A DNA stretch of 32,000 bases from Planctomycetales bacterium (GTDB taxonomy: Bacteria > 4484-113 > JAFGCY01), in the NCBI GenBank assembly GCA_022646745.1, contig CP060262.1, positions 3,630,001 to 3,662,000 of the forward strand. Direction: 5' to 3'. Every line of letters starts with the position of its first letter. Within the stretch, counting starts at the first letter, position 1. Positions 18,756 through 25,143 of the stretch are shown here, in pieces. The position numbers and the translations under genes were made by a program. The notes beneath the pieces were generated by a model that was not told where the DNA came from, made no database searches, and worked only from the letters and a program-made list of their open reading frames with translations.

Positions 18756-20462
18756 ATGCGCAACGGACTGTTAACTGCCCTCCTCGTCTTCTCCATGCTT
18801 GTCATGCTCAGCGGCGTGGCCCTCGCGGGCGATGCCTGCACCGGCTGCAACGCTGGCTGCGCTGACTGCTGTGAGTTCTGGGCCGAAGACGGTCTTGGCA
18901 ACTATGTCGAGATCGGCGGCACCAGCACGGAAGTGAATGACAACGAGGACTCCTTCAACCAGTACGGGCTCTACCCGGAGGACTGGTACACCAACGGCCG
19001 CTACAACAGCGTCGACATGGGCTGCGTGCTCAACCGCTTCGAGGCCCGCTGGCAGGATGTCAGCAGCGACAGCGGACGCGGCTGGGGCCGCCTGACGAGC
19101 TGGCCGCTCGTGCTGCAGGGTGACAGCACCCTGATCAGCGGCCGCGCCTGGAACGCCTTCGGCGCGGAGCCGGCACTGGTGCCCTACGACTGGTCACATG
19201 ACCAGTACGGCCTGCGGATCCACCACCGTGAGCTTGACAACATGGCGCTCAACTACGAGCGCATCGAGCTCAACCATGACACGGCCAGCCCGCTGCATGA
19301 CCTCAAGGTGGAGCGCCTCGGCTACCGCTGGAACCTGGACATCATCGGCATCGACACGATGGCCCAGGTCACCCAGCGTGCCACCACGATCGACACCACC
19401 CTGCCCGGCGCCTCCGGCAGCATTGACCATACCCGCGTCAAGCTGGACGCCAGGCTGAGCGATGAGCTGAAGGCCTACGGCCGGATCAACTACAAGCAGT
19501 ACCAGTACGATGACCAGCCGGATCCCGAGTTCTCCAGCGCGGACCTGACACTGGGCATGCGCTACGACCCGAGCTGCGACTGGTCCTTCAACGCGGAGTA
19601 CAGCAGCAGCGAGGCCGCCGATGACAACATCGTCAGCAGCCACGTTCAGAGCTCCAGCGAGTACGGCTTCTCGGCGGCCTGGTACCCCGGCTGTGGCAAC
19701 AGCTACGAAGCCGGCTACAAGCTGCGGCAGGTGGACTACGCCAAGCTGGACATGCAGGACAGCTCAGTGTTCAACCTGCTGCGTGGCTCCTCCGTGGTGA
19801 CACCGGCCCAGGTCGCTCCCGCGGTGACGATCCTCGCGCCTGAGTACGACACTGTCTGGTTCGACATGAAGCAGAACCTCTCGGACCGACTGAAGTTCCG
19901 TACGCACATCGACTACGAGTCGGGCAGTACCCCGGGCACTGAGCTCGTCAGTGTCGGCAGCACCAGCCTGTTCTTCGACAAGCAGCTGTCCCGCACCCAC
20001 GGCCTGTCCTGGACGGTGGACAATCACAACTCCGTTGACTTCAACATGTACGGCCAGGAATCCCGCAATGGTGGCCGTGACAGCCAGACCAACCTGACCT
20101 ATGCCGAGGGAGTCTGGATGCACCGCATCGACAGCTGCAGCCAGTTCGCTCTGTCCCTGCGTGACAGCCGCTCTGAGCTCGATATGCCGGGCATTGATGA
20201 CGAGTACAGCACCGACGACAAGACCTACGCCGCCACCTACGGGCAGCAGCTTGAGGACCATGACTACTCGCTGAACTTCGCCATGAGCGACGGCAGCGGG
20301 GCTGAGAACTACACCCAGACCAGTGCCGGGGCTGAGGTCCGCTTCAAGCGCCTCGGGCCGCTGGGCCTGCGCCTGGACTGGTACCGCAGGCTGTATGACA
20401 ACTACCCGGGCCTTGAATCAGATGCAGTCTCAGTTGCGGTAAATTACAGGATTAGCTTCTGA
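18756..20462 (+). CDS. Outer-membrane beta-barrel protein, candidate cytochrome-sheathing porin (MtrB/PioB-like role), with N-terminal Cys cluster
   Basis: The AGGAGG RBS overlaps the stop of the upstream cytochrome, and ATG lies 13 nt after that stop. Signal peptide ...GVALA|GD. CTGCNAGCADCC follows directly after cleavage. Alternating hydrophobic beta-strand pattern throughout, Tyr/Asp/Ser/Asn-rich loops, and a C-terminal ...VAVNYRISF. Confidence 0.75.
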   Translation: MRNGLLTALLVFSMLVMLSGVALAGDACTGCNAGCADCCEFWAEDGLGNYVEIGGTSTEVNDNEDSFNQYGLYPEDWYTNGRYNSVDMGCVLNRFEARWQDVSSDSGRGWGRLTSWPLVLQGDSTLISGRAWNAFGAEPALVPYDWSHDQYGLRIHHRELDNMALNYERIELNHDTASPLHDLKVERLGYRWNLDIIGIDTMAQVTQRATTIDTTLPGASGSIDHTRVKLDARLSDELKAYGRINYKQYQYDDQPDPEFSSADLTLGMRYDPSCDWSFNAEYSSSEAADDNIVSSHVQSSSEYGFSAAWYPGCGNSYEAGYKLRQVDYAKLDMQDSSVFNLLRGSSVVTPAQVAPAVTILAPEYDTVWFDMKQNLSDRLKFRTHIDYESGSTPGTELVSVGSTSLFFDKQLSRTHGLSWTVDNHNSVDFNMYGQESRNGGRDSQTNLTYAEGVWMHRIDSCSQFALSLRDSRSELDMPGIDDEYSTDDKTYAATYGQQLEDHDYSLNFAMSDGSGAENYTQTSAGAEVRFKRLGPLGLRLDWYRRLYDNYPGLESDAVSVAVNYRISF

Positions 20463-20518
20463 TCTGGGGTATTATCAAGTAAGGCAGACATATCGAATAT
20501 CTCATGGAGCCTAATAGG

Positions 20519-20538
20519 CTGGAATCCAAGGATTCCAG
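20519..20538. promoter_or_regulatory. Inverted repeat CTGGAATCC-AA-GGATTCCAG (9-bp arms, 2-nt spacer)
   Basis: Checked pairwise. It lies between the barrel stop (20462) and the tetraheme ATG (20568). The spacer is too short for a full RNA hairpin, so a dimeric-protein site or a short stem-loop is possible. Confidence 0.35.
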
Positions 20539-20567
20539 GAGAGTTGCAAGCACCAAGGAGGTGTAGC

Positions 20568-21077
20568 ATGTTCAGGAAGTATGGCTGGGTAATCGCTGTG
20601 TTCATCGTGGCGATGTTCGCCTGGGGCGCCTTCAGCGCAGAGCAGGCAAGCGGTGCCGATGCCAACGAGTATGTCGGTGACAACGAGAAGAAGTGCGGCA
20701 TGTGCCACAAGGAGCAGGTCGCAGCATGGAAGAAGTGGCCGATGGCCAAGACCTGGGACACACTGCAGGCCAGCAAGGACAAGAAGGACAGCTGCATCCC
20801 CTGCCATGTGACCGGCTTTGGCAAGCCCGGCGGCTTCGTCAGCATCGAGAAGACCCCCAAGCTCGTCAACGTGCAGTGCGAGGCCTGCCATGGCCCCGCC
20901 AAGGACCACCTTGCCGCCCCGCTCAACGATGTTGAGAAGAAGCGCAACACGATGACCAAGCCGACGGAGGCGAACTGCAAGACCTGCCACAACAAGGACT
21001 CCCCGCACTACAAGGAGTTCAAGTACGCTGATGCCGTCAAGGCACTGGCGGATCACAAGCCCAAGCCGAAGAAGTAA
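20568..21077 (+). CDS. Tetraheme c-type cytochrome (c554-like module)
   Basis: AAGGAGG lies 7 nt upstream of ATG 20568. N-terminal hydrophobic segment WVIAVFIVAMFAWGAFSA. Motifs CGMCH, CIPCH, CEACH, CKTCH. Lys-rich tail. Confidence 0.88.
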   Translation: MFRKYGWVIAVFIVAMFAWGAFSAEQASGADANEYVGDNEKKCGMCHKEQVAAWKKWPMAKTWDTLQASKDKKDSCIPCHVTGFGKPGGFVSIEKTPKLVNVQCEACHGPAKDHLAAPLNDVEKKRNTMTKPTEANCKTCHNKDSPHYKEFKYADAVKALADHKPKPKK

Positions 21078-21112
21078 GGGCATGCCCGCAGGGCATACAG
21101 ACAGACCATCCT

Positions 21113-21146
21113 ACGGGCGTCCCTCCATGGGGCGCCCGTTTCATTT
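21113..21146 (+). terminator. Rho-independent terminator after the tetraheme gene
   Basis: ACGGGCGTCCC-TCCAT-GGGGCGCCCGT forms an 11-bp stem (one G-U) followed by TTCATTT. Confidence 0.65.
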
Positions 21147-21177
21147 GTAATCTGCCTCAGCAGAGGCAAGAGTGACC

Positions 21178-22332
21178 ATGTCCAAGCAGAGTTCAACTGA
21201 AAAGCAGTCCCGCTGCCCGGTGTGCCGGGCGAGCAACCAGCCCGCCGCGCGCTTCTGCGAGCAGTGCGGTGCCGTGATGAATGCCGGCCCGGGTGGCCAG
21301 TCCGCTCCGGCTGCCAACCCGCTGCGCATCGTGATGCCGATCGTGATCGTGCTGGCGCTCGTCGGCGGCATGGTGATGCTGCAGCGCCAGCCCAAGCAGG
21401 GTGCTGATGCCATGAACCAGGCACTCGGCGGCAACCCGCACAGCCTGCCCGGCGCGGATGGCAATGCCGGCGGCGATGTCAATTCGATGGTCGAGCAGTT
21501 CAAGGCGCGGCTGGACAAGGACCCGCTGGACACCGCGGCACTGAACGAGCTGTACACTATCTACAGCAGCATCAGTGAAGCTGACAAGGTCACGCCCTAT
21601 ACGCAGGCGGCCGTCACAGCCTGGATGAAGCAGCCGGCGGACAGCCGGGAGGCCAAGCTGATTGCAGATGTGGCCGCACTGTCGATGCAGAACGGTGACC
21701 TGCTGGGGGCGGCTGCCTCGTTTGAGGCCTACAGCCAGGCCGAGCCGGAGAACTACTCCGTGATGGCAACCGTCGGCGACCTGCACCTGCAGCTCAGCCG
21801 TGTGGAGGCGGCAGGCAGCGAAGTGGCCGGCCGCGAGGCGAAGAAGGCCGAGACCTGGTACCAGCGCTTCCTTGACAACGCCAGCCCGGAAAGCCACCCT
21901 GAGCTGTACTGGGACGTGCTCGTCAACCAGGCCAGCGCGATGATGGCCCAGATGCCCGCCGAAGGTGCTGACTTCAGCCAGGTGCTGGCCAACCTCGAGC
22001 GCGCCACGACGGAGAACCCGGATTACTGGCTGGGCTGGCACAGCTACGGCATGGCCCTCAAGGCCGCCGGCAGGAACGATGATGCGATCGCGGCACTGGC
22101 CGCTGCCAAGCAGCACGGCAGCCCGCGTGAGACCTGGGAGTCCGAGCAGCAGCTGGCGATGCTGGAGAACCGCGAGCCTGACCCGGGTGACTTCGACCCG
22201 ACCGACCCGCATGCGGGGATGGACATGAGCGGAGCTGGGGGTGGTGGAAACACACCGCACGGCATGCCCAACCCGCACCGCCAGGGTGACGAAGTACCGG
22301 AGAACCCGCACAACATCGGCACCCAGGGCTAG
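21178..22332 (+). CDS. Zinc-ribbon / single-TM / TPR-like periplasmic domain protein with His/Met/Pro-rich tail
   Basis: CPVC-x12-CEQC zinc ribbon. TM segment LRIVMPIVIVLALVGGMVMLQ. Helical-repeat region resembling TPR. Tail PHAGMDMSGAGGGGNTPHGMPNPH..NPHN. High third-position GC on the plus frame. GTG 21172 is an alternative start. Confidence 0.75.
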   Translation: MSKQSSTEKQSRCPVCRASNQPAARFCEQCGAVMNAGPGGQSAPAANPLRIVMPIVIVLALVGGMVMLQRQPKQGADAMNQALGGNPHSLPGADGNAGGDVNSMVEQFKARLDKDPLDTAALNELYTIYSSISEADKVTPYTQAAVTAWMKQPADSREAKLIADVAALSMQNGDLLGAAASFEAYSQAEPENYSVMATVGDLHLQLSRVEAAGSEVAGREAKKAETWYQRFLDNASPESHPELYWDVLVNQASAMMAQMPAEGADFSQVLANLERATTENPDYWLGWHSYGMALKAAGRNDDAIAALAAAKQHGSPRETWESEQQLAMLENREPDPGDFDPTDPHAGMDMSGAGGGGNTPHGMPNPHRQGDEVPENPHNIGTQG

Positions 22333-22451
22333 CAGTCGCAGACAGCAGCATGCGTTTAACTCCCCCTTCCCGCTCAGCGATTAACTGATTGAGGAAGAGC
22401 AATCCCGCATGGGTGCCCGGAACCCCCGTGCGAGGGAAACTGGAGAAAGAC

Positions 22452-23777
22452 ATGCGGCTTATGCTGACAACGCTTGCTGCGATCCTGCTGCTTTGCAATG
22501 CGGCGCGAGCGGATGCGCCAGAGCTGGACTTTGTGGACCCTACCGATCAGGCATACAAATTTCTAGGCTCACTATTGCAGGCAGGTTACTTGCCGGATTA
22601 CCCGTCCAATTACCTTGAAGATCACCCTGTACTTACTCGCTATGAATTCGCCCAGGCGACGATCTGTTGTTTGGACAACTTCATACATCAAGATGATTCC
22701 AATGCAGAAATTCTTGCGGAGTCACTACGTGCAAACTTCAATACCGAGTTGATCAACTGGACGGGATTGAGCTCCCTGTACGGCCCGGTAGCTCCTCTTA
22801 GTGAAACGGAGATGCCCGACAAACGGCCAGAGATTGGCGCGCGCCGTGCTGATCAGCTTTTCCCCTCTGATCACTGGGCTAACCAGGCTATCGGAATTCT
22901 CGCCGACAACTGTCGAGCCAACACACGAACTAAGTTAAAGGACAAAATGCTGCTGCAACCCTGGACTTACTCCGAGACTGCAGCTGCAGTAATAGATTTG
23001 GCAAACAATCTGTCAGCAGACTCCGACCCGGCCCTGATTCCGCTGGTCGACTCCCTTGTGTGCTTATTACAGCCGGACATCAGATATCTGTTATCGGTCA
23101 GAGCAGACAAAAATCTGTACTACACAGACTGGGCAATAAGGCACTCAGTGAGTCTTGAGGAATGCCGCAAGCATGATCCATATTTTGACCTGCCGCCAGA
23201 GCCTGTCTGGATGTTGAGCCAGGAAATTCCGGTGGACAGTTTCCTATATCCCTTGCTTGATTACGCACAGAATGCGGGATTCCTGCCAAACTTCGTTCCG
23301 GGTTACTGGCAGAATCGCAACGGATCGCAAACATTTGAGGAATTGTTTCTGGCAAATGACATCCTGAAACTGACAATACACGAGGACGGTTCAGCCATTG
23401 ATAGGCTGGTTTCAAACGTTCTAGTTGAAGCGCAAAGGAATCTGGAAAGCTCTGAAAATTTCGATGACCGAAGCAACGTATGTTTTATAGGAGACATGCG
23501 TAAGTATCGCAATAGTGGAATAACTGATCTGTGGGACTCCTGGCCCGGCGAAGCCCTGTTAAAACTGCAAGAGCGTGGCTACCTTACGAATCTTCCGGTG
23601 AGCAGCTATCACTCGGTCACGGGGAAAACGCGGCTGGAAATGTCAATTGTAGTCGGTAAACTGCTCAGTGAGCTCAACGCTGATTCACCTTTGGACATCA
23701 AAATTTTGGGAGAAACCCTCAGGCGCGAGTACAGCGACCTTCTGCCGGACTGGGCTCCGCTTTCGGAGCAAGATTAG
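22452..23777 (+). CDS. Secreted protein built from about four degenerate SLH-like units, with no barrel
   Basis: Signal peptide MRLMLTTLAAILLLCNAARA. Units contain ...LTRYEFAQATI..., SDHWANQAIGIL..., ...LEMSIVVGKLL.... Trailing segments AESLRANFNTEL and GETLRREYSDLL parallel the porin AETLRAEFSDQL. Low GC. Confidence 0.7.
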   Translation: MRLMLTTLAAILLLCNAARADAPELDFVDPTDQAYKFLGSLLQAGYLPDYPSNYLEDHPVLTRYEFAQATICCLDNFIHQDDSNAEILAESLRANFNTELINWTGLSSLYGPVAPLSETEMPDKRPEIGARRADQLFPSDHWANQAIGILADNCRANTRTKLKDKMLLQPWTYSETAAAVIDLANNLSADSDPALIPLVDSLVCLLQPDIRYLLSVRADKNLYYTDWAIRHSVSLEECRKHDPYFDLPPEPVWMLSQEIPVDSFLYPLLDYAQNAGFLPNFVPGYWQNRNGSQTFEELFLANDILKLTIHEDGSAIDRLVSNVLVEAQRNLESSENFDDRSNVCFIGDMRKYRNSGITDLWDSWPGEALLKLQERGYLTNLPVSSYHSVTGKTRLEMSIVVGKLLSELNADSPLDIKILGETLRREYSDLLPDWAPLSEQD

Positions 23778-23802
23778 ATGAAAGTTATTCAGAGAAACGA
23801 GA

Positions 23803-24480
23803 ATGATTGACATGAAACAATTTATCTCAAAAGTTTCTTTTCTTCTCTTTGCTGCGATCCTGCTGCTTGGCAATGCCGCCATCGCCGGCAGTGCCGATGA
23901 CCAAGTAGGCAGGGATCATTGGGCTTACGCCCTATTCGACTACTTGGTCAACGACCCGAACGTCGAATGGAAAGTTGTCCAACCAGGTGATTTCTTCAGC
24001 AGGGAAGACCGATTGCTGACAAGGTATGAATTTGCTTCTGCAGCTCTAGTCTTTGGATATTCTATTTTTGAAAATGGCTCTGACTCACAAAAGATGCTTC
24101 TGCACATCTGCATGAATGAATTCAAAGACCAAATTGTCAGTATGGGGCACACAGACCATTTCGTCAGCCTGGAGATATCCAACCTGGGCATGAACAACGA
24201 GATCCAGGGATCAATGCGTACCGGCGCATCCGCCGATGTCCCCCCCGAGCACTGGGCATACGACGCGGTAGAGTTCTTCATTGACAGTGGAACCCTGGAA
24301 GGGTACCCGGCTGGCTTCTACGACCGCAGCAGGATCCTGACCCCCTATGAATTCGCCCAGGCAATCGCTCGACTGTTGGACATTTTGAGTGATCAGGAAA
24401 ATCCATATCCATATGAAGTACAGATTGCCGAGTGCCTGCGAGTCGAATTCAGTGACCAGCTGGATTCAATCAGCAGCTAG
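23803..24480 (+). CDS. Secreted two-SLH-domain protein, with no barrel
   Basis: Signal peptide ...FAAILLLGNAAIAG. DHWAYALFDYL...LTRYEFASAAL and EHWAYDAVEFF..GTLEGYPAGFYDRSRILTPYEFAQAIARLLD plus AECLRVEFSDQL are close to the N-terminus of the 13315 porin. Confidence 0.8.
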   Translation: MIDMKQFISKVSFLLFAAILLLGNAAIAGSADDQVGRDHWAYALFDYLVNDPNVEWKVVQPGDFFSREDRLLTRYEFASAALVFGYSIFENGSDSQKMLLHICMNEFKDQIVSMGHTDHFVSLEISNLGMNNEIQGSMRTGASADVPPEHWAYDAVEFFIDSGTLEGYPAGFYDRSRILTPYEFAQAIARLLDILSDQENPYPYEVQIAECLRVEFSDQLDSISS

Positions 24481-24579
24481 TTGGATTGTGCTTTACGGAA
24501 TTACTCTTCTGACGCGAAAGCCAGAGCTGATGACCTTGCAGGTACAGTCTGCAACTAGCCGGTACTCCCCTCTGCCTGA

Positions 24580-24801
24580 TCAGACCTCAAACAGCTGCCT
24601 TGGCAATCCACTAAGACGGATGATTCCTGAAAGAGTTCCCGTCTTGAGCTCCTTGTGGTCTGGTACTGGAACAGTCCTGCTTGAATGCTCTTGTTGCAGT
24701 TGCATGACAATATGGCTGCCTTTCCGGCGGACTTCCCGGAATCCATGATCAGCAAGTATGCGGCAGACTTCAGCTCCACTGAACCTGCCCAGACGGCCCA
24801 T
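24580..24801 (-). CDS. hicA: HicA-family type II toxin (mRNA interferase)
   Basis: 73 aa. FSGAEVCRILADHGF..VRRKGSHIVM...VPVPDHKELKTGTLSGIIR is the HicA pattern. Its ATG overlaps the hicB stop (ATGA at 24799..24803, minus strand). Confidence 0.85.
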   Translation of the reverse strand: MGRLGRFSGAEVCRILADHGFREVRRKGSHIVMQLQQEHSSRTVPVPDHKELKTGTLSGIIRLSGLPRQLFEV

Positions 24802-25028
24802 CAGTGCGGGCTTACTTCAAAGGTACTGATCTCTGTGTCAAACGGAATACGCTGCTTCAGCTCTTCTTCGCTGGCGCATTCAAGGTACAGTTCAACCGCT
24901 TCTTGCAGGTTGGCCTTGGCCACAGCAACAGTATTGCCCTGGCTGACTACATCCAGCTCCGGACACAGGGCCACGTACATGTCTTCCTCTCGGCTTATCA
25001 CTGCGGTCAGTTTGATGGGGATGGACAT
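24801..25028 (-). CDS. hicB: HicB-like antitoxin (UPF0150 fold only, no appended DNA-binding domain)
   Basis: 75 aa. EEDMYVALCPELDVVSQGNTVAVAKANLQEAVELYLE is the HicB N-terminal domain pattern. Confidence 0.8.
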   Translation of the reverse strand: MSIPIKLTAVISREEDMYVALCPELDVVSQGNTVAVAKANLQEAVELYLECASEEELKQRIPFDTEISTFEVSPH

Positions 25029-25143
25029 ACTTCAAGTTTATACCTCAATTCTCGGCCCAGGCTTCAGCAGATGCAAATCCCCTCCCCTGCCCCGAACAAA
25101 ACAGGTGTTTCACAGTCCTGTATAATTCACAGTGAGGGATGAT

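Noticed and set aside
16488-18901. Minus-strand ORFs 16488..17489 and 18314..18901
   Set aside because: They are shadows of the heme-motif-rich plus-strand genes.
20568-21077. Tetraheme protein as a CymA/NapC/NrfH-type quinol dehydrogenase
   Set aside because: The size and N-terminal helix fit, but the heme-motif contexts (CxxCHvTGfG, NVQCExCHG) resemble the c554-like module of the neighbouring cytochromes rather than NapC/NirT spacing. It is left as an open possibility only.
21193-22311. 372-aa minus-strand ORF
   Set aside because: It is a shadow of the Zn-ribbon/TPR gene. The plus frame has the high GC3, a Zn ribbon and a TM helix.
22452-25130. Low-GC island as a bounded mobile element (prophage, ICE or IS)
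   Set aside because: No integrase, transposase, tRNA target or terminal repeats could be found by eye. It is reported only as a compositional island.
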